A stretch of DNA of 64,000 nucleotides from Octopus sinensis (Eukaryota), in contig NC_043022.1 in assembly GCF_006345805.1 (NCBI RefSeq), forward strand, positions 9,486,001 to 9,550,000, given 5' to 3'. Below are positions 52,177 to 64,000 of this stretch, piece after piece. Position 1 is the stretch's first letter, and each line of letters begins with the position of its first letter. The notes below the pieces were generated by a model. That model was not told where the DNA came from. It worked only from the letters and a program-made list of their open reading frames with translations, and ran no database searches. The position numbers were made by a program, and so were the translations under genes.

Positions 52177-53080
52177 GCATTCTTACACAAGTGTACCCCA
52201 CTAACTTTGTTTCTTCACAACTTGCAGAAAAATGAATATTTTTTTATGAAATTTCCTACAAATACCTTTCAGATGGTGTAAGTTATGACTATATTATACT
52301 TTGTTGTGAAAAATTTTCCCAAGGGTGGGGAAAGAGCAGTTTCAGATAATTTACATGAGTTGGATTTGTTTCCTCATAACTTTCAGAAATATGGGTATTT
52401 TTTAATGAAATTTTCTACAAATACTTTTCAGACGGTGTTGATTATGACTATTTTGGAATCTAATGTGAAAAAAGAAATGCATTGGTTGGCATGCGCATGT
52501 ACATAATGACTCACATAATTTTTTCAAAAGTTCAAAATTCGTTTTGTAGATATATATGTGATGTGTCAGAATGTATGCGTATATGCTCATGAGTTTTATT
52601 TCTCACATTTACTTCTGATATAATTGTAATCTAAACCATCTGAAAAATATTTGTAGAAAATTTCATTAAAAAATATCTATTTTTCTGAAAGTTATGAGGA
52701 AACAAAGTCAGCTCCTGTGAATTATCCAAAACTTCTCTAACCCCACTCCACTGAAAGAATTCTACATCACAAATCATGATACAATTAGAATCTATACCAT
52801 TTGAAAGGTATTTGTAGAAAATTTCAGTAAAAAATACCTATTTTTCTGAAAGTTATGAGGAAACAAAGTCAGCTCCTGTGAATTATCCCAAACTGCTCTA
52901 ACCCCACTCCACTGAAAGAATTTTACATCACAAATCATCATACAATCGGAATCTATACAATCTGAAAGGTATTTGTAGAAAATTTCATTAAAAAATATCC
53001 ATTTATCTGACAGTTATGAGGAAATGAAATTGGGTGGTTATTGTGGTGGTGGATAGGGAGCACTTGTGTGTAAGTATGAG
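52177..53080. mobile_element. Foldback-like element with modular subterminal repeats
   Basis: Ends ggcattcttacacaagtgtacccc / gagcacttgtgtgtaagtatg. The module tttcctcataactttcagaaa repeats in opposite orientations on the two halves. Relatives at ~34205-34917, ~4420-6605 and ~54710-55230. Confidence 0.55.
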
Positions 53081-53366
53081 AGAAAAATCATATAAAAATT
53101 GTGGAATTTCAAATGCAATTATTGAGGGTGAGTGGGCGGGTGGTGAAAGATGATCTGTTGTGGTAAGAAAGCGATGAGGAGAGTGGCAAAGATTCCAAAG
53201 AAGACGAGGTAACTTCCCATGATTTAAATTCATATATTGATTTCTTTTACACCAGATGATGAAAAATATTTACACAATTTTGAATTATTCTGTTATTCTA
53301 TATTTGGTTTCAACCAGGGGTTGTGGCCATGCTAGGGCAACCACTATTAATAAACATTTAAAAAGC

Positions 53367-53436
53367 CTCCCAGCTGGGAATCAAACCCTGGTCTTCCGCA
53401 TGACAGGTCGGATACTTACCACTATACTACCAAAGA
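53367..53436 (-). pseudogene. tRNA-Asp(GTC) pseudogene
   Basis: tctttggtagtatagtggtaagtatccgacctGTCatgcggaagaccagggtttgattcccagctgggag, followed by gcTTTTT. Stems and T-loop are degraded relative to canonical eukaryotic tRNA-Asp. Confidence 0.75.
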
Positions 53437-53562
53437 TGTGTTTTTTAAAATTTACTCATACATATTTATATTGTAAAAATTTAGAGTCTTTGAGACATGT
53501 AAAATAATTTGTTTTTAATTGTTGAACTCTTAAGCAGATAAAGCTTTAAATCTGTAAATCGT

Positions 53563-53985
53563 ATCATCATCATCATTGTTCGACCGTGGTTGAGACAATG
53601 GAATTTACCATGCTACGCCAGACTTCACGGTCCATCATAGCATTACGGAGGTCCTGTTGCTGGATGCCTGTATCCCTGGAGATTACATCAGGGTAGGAGA
53701 GTGTGCGCCCCCTGGTATCGTGAGTAGATGGCTTCCAGAGGAGAAGAGTAGAAATTACCTCTTTTTCAGCTCTACAACAATGTCCAGCAAACTGGACTCT
53801 CCTACCTTTCACAAGAGATGACACAGGTGGTAGTTTCCCATATATTTGCATTTTGGTTGAATGACGCTTCCACGAAAGATTTTGAGCTCTCATAAGGAGG
53901 CGAGTGTAGGTTCCATCCAACCACCTCTCAAGCTTCTTTGATAACGTCCAGGTTTCTGAGCCATATAGCAGAATTGGTTCAACTC
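53563..53985 (-). mobile_element. RTE-clade LINE, 5'-truncated, (TGA)n tail
   Basis: EPILLYGSETWTLSKKLE..DGTYTRLL..VQFAGHCCR..DREVWRSMV, ending in tgatgatgatga. Confidence 0.88.
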
Positions 53986-54011
53986 ACAATCTTTCATATC
54001 AATCTCTTAAT

Positions 54012-54081
54012 GACTGGTTAAGGCAGTTGATTAGAAATCCATTGGGGTCTCACTGCATAAGTTCAAATCCTATCGACAATG
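54012..54081 (+). pseudogene. tRNA-Ser(AGA) pseudogene, 5'-truncated
   Basis: tggttaaggcagttgattAGAaatccattggggtctcactgcataagttcaaatcctatcgac matches tRNA-Ser with long variable arm. Confidence 0.7.
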
Positions 54082-55385
54082 ATTAACTGAACTTTCTTTT
54101 GTGCAACCCATGCCAGGATGGAAAATGGATGTTAAATGATGATGATGGTGATGGTATCCTCTACTTGATATCCAGTGTCTTCCACATGTTGATCAAATCA
54201 ATATGTACTCTTTTTTAAAGCAGCAGGCTCGCAGAATTTATAGCATGCTGGGCAAAATGTTTAGTTGAATTATGTTTGTCTCCATGTTCTGAGTGACCGA
54301 GGGTGACTTTGCCTTTCATCCTCTTTCATCAGAACAAGTGAGGTCAGTTTTGGCATGGTTTTTACAGCTGGATGCCCTTCCAAATGCCAACCACTTTACA
54401 GTGTGGACAGGATGCTTTTTTCACGTGGTACCTGCACTGGCAGGGTCATCAAATAACTTTGCAAGACAAAGAATCTTTGAGAGGGGAGGGGGTCATTGGA
54501 GGAGGGGATCTTGTGTCAGATGGTGAAAGGTTAGAGTGTGACAGAGAGACAGAAACGGGTGTCTTACTGTAGAGGAGGTACACAGTTACTTGGCCAGAGA
54601 AGGTACTGGAGTTGATTTACTTGACTAAAAGTCCTTCAAGGTGGTGCTCCAGCATGGCTGCAGTCTAATAATTTGAAACAAGTGAAAGATAAAAGATAAA
54701 TTCTGATATCATATAATCCACATCATCTGAAAGATATTTGTTAAAAATTTCATTAAAAAAATATCCATTTTTCTGAGAGTTATGAGGAAACAAAGTTGAT
54801 TCCTGTAAATTATCTGAAACTCCTCTCTCCCTCCCTCCAAGACATTTTTCGCAACAAATTCCAATTTTATAAGAATCTGCACTGTAAAAAATTTCATTGA
54901 AAAATGTTCATTTTTCTGTAAGTTATGAGGAAACGAAGTAAATTCATGTGAATTATCTGAAACTCCTCTCTCCTATCTGCCAAGATATTTTTCACAACAA
55001 ATTCCAATTTTATCAGAATTTAGACTGTAAAGAATTTCATTGAAAAATATTTATATTTCTGAAAGTTATGAGGAAACAAAGTTGATTCATATAAATTATC
55101 TGAAACTCCTCTCCCTCCCCCGAAGACATTTTTCACAACAGATTCCAATATTATTTATTGGAATGCACACTGCAAAAAATTTCATTGAAAAATATCTGTT
55201 TTTCTGTAAGTCATGAAGAAAACCAAGTTGGTGGTGGAGTACACTTTTGTTGGAATGCTGATTAATGTCGGCATTAAAATTTGCATAATATTGACGAGCT
55301 TTTAAATTTAGAGTCTCGTTTAAGGATTTAATTGTCAATAAAAATAACTTCCAAGCAACGTTTAAAGAGCTGTTCCAAAGACTGC

Positions 55386-55421
<36 letters not shown>

Positions 55422-56129
55422 TCTTTCTACTAAAGGTACAAGGCCTGAAATTTGGAGGAGGGTAAGTTGATTATATTGACCCCAGTACTCGACTGATACT
55501 TAATTTATTGACCCCAGTACTCAGCTAGTACTTAATTTATTGACCTCGAAAAGATGAAAGGCAAAGTTGATCTTGGTGGAATTTAGACTCAGAACGTAGT
55601 GACAGGCGAAATACCTATTTCTTTACTACCCACAAGGGGCTAAACACAAAGAGGACAAACAAGGACAGACAAATGGATTAAGTCGATTATATCGACCTCA
55701 GTGCGTAACTGGTATTTCTTTAATCGACCCTGAAAGGATGAAAGGCAAAGTCGACCTCGATGGTGTTTGATCTCAGAATGTAAGGACAGACGAAATTCTG
55801 CTAGGCATTTCGCCTGGCATGCTAACAATTCTGCCAGAGCCGGTGTGAGAGGTGAAGGTAGAGGACATAAATGGCAAAGAGAGCGTTGTGTGTATGAGAA
55901 AGGAAGGGAGTGATAGATGAATAACGAAAGGAGGAGTGAAAAAGCCGATAAATGACATTTGAAGTGTGAGTATGTGTGTGTGTAAAATAGAGGTATGTTT
56001 GTGTACATGCGTGTGTGTGTGTGTAAAGGAAATGGGATGGTAATGTTTAATGCTGAAAATGTGTGAATATACCTGTGTATGTGTACAAGAGAACTATGTG
56101 AAACTCTACATATACATGTAAAGTAAAAA

Positions 56130-56345
56130 AAAAAAAAAATTAAAGAAAAATAATCCAGAATCCTTGTCCTGTATCAGATCAATCCTAAAAATCTAATCAG
56201 TTCATGCCAGTCACGAGGCCAAACATCCCTGAAAGTTTCATCTGAATCCCTCCAGTGGTTCTTGAGATATCTTGTCCATAGACAAACAAACAAGCAAACG
56301 CGACTGAAAACAATACCTTTGCCTTCGCTAAGGCGGCGGAGGTAA
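56130..56345 (-). mobile_element. Helentron/DINE-1-like non-autonomous element end
   Basis: Minus strand reads ttacctccgcc, short inverted repeat gcctt..aaggc, (TTTG)n microsatellite, then core ..gattcagatgaaacttt.. Confidence 0.55.
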
Positions 56346-56865
56346 CGATAATAATCATGCTAGTCTGTCTGCATTTAATCAACTGCTATTATTTATTATT
56401 AAACTACCATTAATTGTTTAGAGCCTGTTATACATCATCTATCTTTGTAGGTCAGAGTTACAGTACATCAACAACAAAAAAAAAAGCATGTAAATCTTAC
56501 ACTTTAACTAAATGTGATGGTGAATATTATTGTAACGCTGTGAATGACATTATTGTGAAGTCGTAAAGTTGCAGACAGCACTTATGCTATTGTAATTGTG
56601 TGACTGGCCACTTAGGTTTCCCTGGTGTTTTGGACAGTCTTCACAGCCAGTGTGTCTACTGTTTGAAGTAGCATGTTTTTTTTTGTGTTGATATGTATAT
56701 AAATAGGTACAGGTGTGGCTGTGTGGTAAGAAGCTTGTTTCCTAATCACATGGTTCAGAGTTCATTCTCACTGCGTGACAGCTTAGGCAAGTTTTTTTTC
56801 TAACTGCAGCTTTGGGTTGACCAAAGCCTTGTGAGCGGATTTACTGGATGGAAACTGAAAGAAGC

Positions 56866-57225
56866 GGCGAGCTGGCAGAAACGTTAGCACGCCGGGCGAA
56901 ATGCTTAGCGGTATTTCGTCTGCTGCTACGTTCTGAGTTCAAATACTGCCAAGGTCGACTTTGTCTTTCATCCTTTCGGGGTCGATAGATTAAGTACCAG
57001 TTAGGCACTGGGGTCGATATAATCGACTGAATCCATTTGTCTGTCCTTGTTTGTCCTCTCTATGTTTAGCTCCTTGTGGGTAGTAAAGAAATAGGTATTT
57101 CGTCTGCTGTTACATTCTGAGGTCAAATACTGCCGAGGTCAACTTTGTCTTTCATCCTTTCGGGGTCGATAAATCAAGTACCAGTTAGGCACTGGAGTCA
57201 ATGTAATCGACTGAATCCCTTTGTC
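56866..57225 (+). mobile_element. tRNA-derived SINE family C (CORE-like; representative)
   Basis: ggcgagctggcagaaacgttagc..gagttcaaa..ggtcgactttg.ctttcatcctttcggggtcgat. Further copies at ~780-975, 3065-3690, 15000-15220, 47080-47290, 55430-55840 and 63430-63645. Confidence 0.8.
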
Positions 57226-57231
57226 TGTTCT

Positions 57232-57836
57232 TAATAATGAAATTATTGTATACAGTGCTCAGGTGCACCACAACTTGTCAGAGAGTGCATATAAAGTACA
57301 TGCAGTAATATATAAATGTCTGGAAAGTGAACAGTGTATGAGTCAGATACATGCTTGTGTGTGTATGGAGGGGAGAAAATCAAGTGTAGTGTTGGCGAAT
57401 CTCAGGAAGCATGGAAGTTTTGAAGGATGCAGTGCTCCGACAACTAACAACTGATGCTGGCAGTTTGTTCCATGCTTCAGCAACTCTCAGCGTGAAAAAA
57501 TGTTTCCTGAAGTCATGGGAGCTGTGCTGTTTTCTTACTTTGTAAATATGTCCACGGGTGTTAGATGGGTGGAGTTTGAAAAGGTGCTCAGAGTTATTGT
57601 TTGCACGATGGTTGATAATTTTATGGGTGTCTGCCAAGTCAGCTGCCAGACGTCGGAGTTTCAATGTCCATGCCCAGGGAAGTAAGGCGTTCAGGATATG
57701 GCAAATGCCTGATGGAGGGTATTCTTTTGGTTGCACGTTGCTGAACAGCTTCCAGACGATTGATATCCTGGGTAAGATAGGGGTTCCAGACCAGTGATGC
57801 AAATTCCAGGTGAGGTCTTACCATAGCTATATAAAG
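57232..57836 (-). mobile_element. CR1-clade LINE, 5'-truncated 3' end
   Basis: LYIAMVRPHLEFASLVWNPY..LEAVQQRATK / TRGHIYKV..RKHFFTLRVAEAWNKLP (one frameshift), followed by 3' UTR and (ATT)n-type tail. Confidence 0.9.
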
Positions 57837-58310
57837 CTTGTTTGCCCCCTCTATGTTTAGCCCCTTGTGGGTAATAAAGAAATAGGAAACTGAAAGAAGC
57901 CTGTCATATATATATGTGTATGTGTACTTTGTGTCTGTTTGCCCTCTCCCCACACACACACACCTGCACTATTTGATAACCAGTGGTGATGCAAAAGAGA
58001 CTGGTAGAATAAGTTTGACTTAAAATTCTTCAAGGTGCTGCCCCAGCATGGCCGCAGTCTTATGACTGTAAAAGATAAACGATATATATACATATATATA
58101 TTCCCTTATCTGACCATGTGATCATCCTCAATGAATCAGTTTGTATTTTAACTGATAGCGGTCTGAGCCACATTCTCTCTTTAAAATCAGGTTTTAGAAC
58201 AGTGGTCAGAGAAGATGGAATAAAAGAGAAAATATATACACACACATATGCATATACATAGATCGTTAGCCACTACACACATTTTTTCTCTCCTTGTTTT
58301 TTCGGTGTCC

Positions 58311-58346
58311 CTTTCTGTAGAAGAGCGTAGGCTCGAAACGTAAAAG
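58311..58346 (+). ncRNA. Hammerhead-like motif (A6U core variant)
   Basis: cttt-CTGTAGA-a-gagc(gtag)gctc-GAAA-cg-TA-aaag. Same architecture as 13251-13285. Confidence 0.55.
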
Positions 58347-58459
58347 ACTTTTTCTATTCCTGAGCGTTATACTAATATATCTGTTTGTTTTGTACACCAC
58401 CTGCCTTCATCTTTTGTTTTTTTCGTAAACTCTCCTTATATATATATATATATATATGA

Positions 58460-58990
58460 TAGGTTGTGTAATACGAAGGAAATCTAGTAAAAAATCTGAG
58501 CAATCTTGTTTTGTCTACAGACTAATTTTCAAGCAGTGAAATGCAGTTTGGAAATATGTTTGACTGGTATTTCTAGCTGGTCTAGGAGAGTTAGATGAGG
58601 GTGGCTGTAAAAGAAAATATTCATGCACATATATATACATATATATCGTAGGCTGTGTAATGTGTGAGAGATCTAGACGATAACAGTAAAAAATCTGGTT
58701 GATCTAGTTTGGTCTACATACAGACTGATTTTCAAGCAGTAAAGTGCAGTTTGAAGGGAGGTTTAGCTTGTCTGGGAGAATGAGACGAGGGTGGTTTAAA
58801 AGAGAAAATACATATATACACATATATATGCATATGATTGGCTGTGTAATGTTGGGGAGATCTAGATGATAATAGTAACAATCTAAGCAATCTTTGTTTG
58901 TCTACAGACCAATTTCCGAGCAGTAAAGTGCAATTCGAAGTGAGTTTTAGCTGGTATTTCTAGCTGGTCTAGGAGAGCGAGACGAGGGTT
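58460..58990. repeat. Three diverged ~190-bp tandem units
   Basis: ggctgtgtaat...atctag...gtctaca...gcagt.aagtgca...tctaggagag repeated three times. Confidence 0.7.
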
Positions 58991-59549
58991 GTTTGTAGGC
59001 TCCTTCATTGACTTGGCAACCACACAAACTTCTCTCTCATTGGTTTGTTGCTCAATGTGTTTAATGTGGCTGGATGAATAGTTGAAGTTACATACCAAAC
59101 AACAAACAATAATGAGGATTCCTAATTAAATTGTTGATGTCCATCACATTACATTAACACTAACTCAACTGTTGGTTGTTATGTTTTTTCCACACACAGA
59201 CGGAATCTCTGAATAATTAAACACAGTGATTAATAAATATGAGATGCTTAATTTTCAATATTTATTCATATATGATAGTGTACATCCCATTTAGGAATTT
59301 TCTCATCACTAAATGGGAAAGTTGAGTGAAATCTGACTGATTTCACTGAGAGGTTCTGCTCAATTTGCCCAACTCAGTTTTCCATAGCTCATTTCTTTGA
59401 CCGAGCTTCCACCCTGGATCAAGTGTAGACCAAGTCAGGGTGCCTCACACCCAGAGTGTGGTCAGATTCTAACAAGATTCGGTCAGTCAGATAATGCAGT
59501 CGATGGTATTTTCATCATAGCATTCTATAGAGAATTAGTGGTGAGTAAG

Positions 59550-59888
59550 AACATGGCTCAGTGGTTAGAGCGTCAGGCTCACAATCATGGGTAGTGAGTT
59601 CGATTCCTGGACTAGACAGTGTGTTGTGTTCTTGAGACAAGACACTTTTTCATGTTGCTCCAGTTCACTCATCTGTAAAATTGAGTTGCGATGTCACTGG
59701 TGCCAAGCTGTATCGGCCCCTTTGCCTTTCCCTTGTATAACATTGGTGACATGGAGTGGGCAGGCTGGTATGCATGGGTGACTGCTGGTCTTCCATAAAA
59801 CGACCTTGCTTGGACTTGTGCCTCAGCTGGGAACCTTCCAGGTGCAATCCCATGGTCATTCATGATTGAAGGGGGTCTTTACCCTTTA
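59550..59888 (+). mobile_element. tRNA-derived SINE family D (representative)
   Basis: catggctcagtggttagagcg..gagttcgattcc..gttcttgag..caagacac..gctccagttcactc. Further copies at ~36400-36700 and 47390-48050 (tandem pair); related heads at 19695, 37530 and 42345. Confidence 0.78.
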
Positions 59889-60063
59889 AGAGCAATGGTA
59901 TCCTTGGGGAGACTCCGGGCTTTGAGTATTGAGAGAAGTCAACTGGCTGATCTTTTCCAGAGGGCTTTCAGTTCAGAGCCCCTGGGTAATTTCTAGAAAT
60001 CTCTGACCTGGTAGAGCTGCTGGTGGTGGGGTGAGCATTTTTATTTCAAGATAAACTCTACAG

Positions 60064-60316
60064 CATCGTTTCTCAACTGGGGTTACCCTAGTGCTCAGCA
60101 ATTGGTTCCTAGGGGTTCTGTGAGAAGAGTGAGATAAGTTAACGCTAATTTCATGATTGTAATATATATATATATATGTATATTATATTTACCACATGAA
60201 CTATGATAAAAAAATATGAGAAAGATATGGTATATAATTTTTTTTGTGCAGGGGTTCCTCAAGACATGTAATTTATTTTAAGGGTTATGCAAGGGTAAAA
60301 AGGTTGAGAAAGACTG
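60064..60316. mobile_element. hAT/Charlie-type MITE
   Basis: Ends catcgtttctcaac / gttgagaaagactg. 8-bp TSD ctctacag/ctctatag. Confidence 0.7.
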
Positions 60317-60828
60317 CTCTATAGGTATGATTGGGCTGTCAGTTAGGCTTGCCTGAGATCTGTGAAGAGTGATGAAATCATCTAGCATGCATTTGTATAC
60401 AGGGGCATGCTGTGACATTATCATGTGTAGAACGGATTTAGCTTTGAGCCATCTTTGTTGCGAAGATTGTCCCACAACCTCTAGCTTGAAAGAGCATGCA
60501 GTTTACTTCTGAGGTTGTATGGTGGATGTGACTAAAAGGATTGAAATCGGACACTTTCTTCTTCAGCCAATCCCTGATCAGCTTCTTTTTTTGAGTTTCA
60601 CTTAAAAAGGAAGGCAAGGGTTAAGAGGGGGATTGCTACCCTCCTCTAGTAATGTCGAGTGAATGTGGTGAAGGTGGCTTGAGTGCATGTAAACCGCATG
60701 TAAACTTTATTTATTGGTCTCTTATTCATGTATATAAAATGTGTAGTGTTACAACTTACATCAATAACTAGTTTTGAAGTCCCACTATGACTTTATGGAC
60801 ACCCATATAATGTTATTCCATGCATTCT

Positions 60829-60859
<31 letters not shown>

Positions 60860-60960
60860 ATGTGAAATAGAAAGATGAATAATCTTGTAGTAGATTAATC
60901 AAAAGTTTAACCGATACCTTAGTAGCAAAAATCACAGCAGTAAACACCAATATATATATA

Positions 60961-60991
<31 letters not shown>

Positions 60992-61031
60992 GATATATAT
61001 ATATATTATATATATATACATATATATATAC

Positions 61032-61068
<37 letters not shown>

Positions 61069-61106
61069 ATATATATATATATATATTATATATATATTAT
61101 ATATAC

Positions 61107-61139
<33 letters not shown>

Positions 61140-61206
61140 ATATATATATACATATATATATATACATATATATATATACATATATATATATATTATATAT
61201 ATATAC

Positions 61207-61253
<47 letters not shown>

Positions 61254-61301
61254 CATATATATATATAATACATATATATATAATATACATATATATATAT
61301 A

Positions 61302-61339
<38 letters not shown>

Positions 61340-61546
61340 ATATATATATATGTAAAATATATATGATGATGACAGTTCCTGCTTGAAAATCAAGATGAAA
61401 AATGGCACACCCTCAAGTGGTTATGTAAACTGATCCTTAGATGGCTGGGTCTGGTATTCTTCCTGCTACTGCTTAGCAGTTTTAAATGAGAGTTAGTCCA
61501 TGCAACCCGTGTTTGTATATATATAATATATATATATATATATGTA

Positions 61547-61767
61547 TAGAAATTAAATATAAATTACAAAATGGGACAAGAACGCAAAAACACACAAGAG
61601 ATGACACAAAAAAACAGACGGGTCATTCGAAGCCTCTAATCTTCAGTCGGGAACCAGATTATCTTACTGAAGATTAGAGGCTTCGAATGACCCGTCTGTT
61701 TTTTTGTGTCGTTTCTTTGTGTGTTTTTGCATTCTTGTCCCATTTTGTAATTTATATTTAATTTCTA
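61547..61767. repeat. Inverted repeat, ~100-bp arms, 18-nt spacer
   Basis: 61547-61647 and 61666-61767 are near-perfect reverse complements, located among (TA)n tracts. Confidence 0.88.
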
Positions 61768-61802
61768 AAGATATATTATTGCGGCGTAATGTACCCCTAT
61801 CT

Positions 61803-61866
<64 letters not shown>

Positions 61867-63720
61867 GTGTGTGTGTGTATGTATATATTTGTGTATATAT
61901 ATTTACATGCAGTTAAATATATGTCCGGTTATAGAATAACCAATGGTTTCACACCCATAACGCATTTAGCCTCGTAGATGACTTGTCAGGCTCTAAGGGT
62001 GGAGTCTGAAGCTGACCTCTTTATGGATGTGAAACCATTGGTCACTCCCTGAATGGACATAAATTTCACTGCATGTAACTACATTACTGTTCTGTCTTTT
62101 AGAGCGTACTTCTTTTTTCGGTATACGATCCACTGATAATATATTCTTTTATTCTTTCAATCATTTGACTGCAGTCATGCTGGAGCAACACCTCAAACTT
62201 TTTTAGTCGAGTGAATCAATCCCAGTACTTATTTTTTAAGCCTGGTACTTATTCTATCAGTCTCTTTTGCCGAACTGCTAAGTCACAGGGATGTAAACAC
62301 ACCAGCACCAGTTGTCAAGCAGTGATTGTGGCAGTGGGAGACACACAGACACAAAAATACACATAGAGATAGACACACACACACACACATATAATATACA
62401 ACAGGCTTCTTTCAGTTTCTGTCTACCAGATCCACTCACAAGGCTTTGGCCTGCATGAGGCTATAGTGGCTATACAAGTAAATCATCTGTTTTGGGCCAT
62501 TCTTATAATGTCATCAGCTGTACTAATGAGGAAGAGTCGAAGAGTAACAAAAAAAAAAAAAGAAGAGAAATTGGAGGATTCGCCTGTGGAGCAAGTTTCA
62601 AAATACATAACACTATATTATAACATGTATATTGAGCGCTTTACTAAATTTTGAACTTCTTAATTATACTATTGAGAAATTTCTGTGTATGTTTGTATAT
62701 GTGTGAGTGTATATATATATATATATAATCATCATTGTTGTTTAATGTCCTCTTTCCCTGCTGGCATGGGTTGGACGGTTTGACTGAAGACTGGCAAGCT
62801 GGGAGGCTGCATCAGTCTGATTTGGCAACATTTCTTTATTGCCCACAAGAGGCTACACACAGAGGGGACAAACAAAGACAGACAAATGGATTCAGTCGAT
62901 TATATTGACCCCAGTGCATAACTGGTACTTATTTAATTGACCCTGAAAGGATGAAAGGCAAAGTCGACCTTGGTGGAATTTGAACTCAGAACGTAATGGC
63001 AGATGAAATACCGCTAAGCATTTTGCCTGGTGTGCTAACGTTTCTGCCAGTTAGCCGCCTTTGGCGAGGTTTCATGGCTGGATGCCCTTCCTAATGCCAA
63101 CCACGCTGAGAGTATAGTGGGTGCTTTTTACGTGCCACCGGCATGGGAGCCAATCAGGTTGGCGCTGGCATCGACATGCTTGAATGGTGCTTTTTACGTA
63201 CCACCGGCACATATATTGTAAGAATAAATGTTCTCTGTGTAAGACAGTTTTACCATACAGGTTTCAGCTCTTATTGGTAATCACATGGAACTCCCACTGT
63301 CCTGTGATCCCACAAGTTTGTGTGTGGCCCAAGGAAGGCTATAATGTAATATAAGAAGAACATCAACGAGGGGAAAAGAACATGGGTTGAACTTGTTCCT
63401 TTTCTCTTCTTTCATTATGTACATACTTAAGGTGGTGAACTGGTGGAACCATTAGCATGCTGAAAAAAAGTACTTGGCAGCATTTCATTAGTTTTTACGT
63501 TCTGAGTTCAAATCCCACCAAGGTCGACTTTGCCTTTCATCTTTTCAGGGTTGTTGAATTAAGTACCAGTTGAGCACTGGGGCTGATGTAATTGGCTAGC
63601 CCCTGCCTCACCCAAAATTTCAGGCCTTGTGCCTATAGTAGAAAGGATTACATACATTTATGCATATGTGTCTTTGTGTGTACAGGTGATAAAAACAGGA
63701 AAATAGAACTCAAAACATGA

Positions 63721-63754
<34 letters not shown>

Positions 63755-64000
63755 CATCATCGTTTAACGTCCGTTCTCCATGCTAGCATGGGTTGGACGG
63801 TTCGACCGGGGATCTGGGAAGCCAGAAGGCTGCACCAGGCTCCAGTCTAATCTGGCAATGTTTCTACAGCTGGATGCCCTTCCTAACGCCAACCACTCCG
63901 TGAGTGTAGTGGGTGCTTTTTACGTGCCACCTGCACAGGTGCCACGCGAGGCTGGCAACGGCCACGGTCGGATTGGTGTATTTTATGTGCCACCGGCACG

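Noticed and set aside
59340-60660. Non-repetitive-looking segments that might be coding or retroelement relics
   Set aside because: No sustained ORF or recognisable motif on either strand by eye; a translated homology search would be needed.

Overview
AT-rich, repeat-dense animal genomic DNA. The tRNA-derived SINE families, RTE and CR1 LINE remnants and long (TA)n/(CA)n tracts suggest a cephalopod (octopus-like); this is an inference. Almost all ORF-track entries are microsatellite or SINE artefacts. One convincing host CDS is present: a single-coding-exon, stand-alone Schlafen/AlbA_2-domain protein at 8572-9348. A possible first coding exon lies at 28929-28955. The most striking hidden signal is about a dozen minimal type-I hammerhead ribozyme motifs from several unrelated short repeat families, mostly in inverted or partial-tandem arrangements typical of Penelope-mobilised elements and retrozymes. 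One of these, a ~363-bp hammerhead repeat at 10521-13060, has a 1.7-kb Gag/ORF1-like (zinc-knuckle) cassette inserted with a 17-bp target duplication just upstream of the ribozyme. Also present: a ~2-kb 38-bp satellite built from the 3' terminus of an RTE LINE, a tRNA-headed hammerhead element, nested MITEs with 8-bp TSDs, Tc1/mariner and Tigger relics, two tRNA pseudogenes and a 1185-bp tandem duplication.
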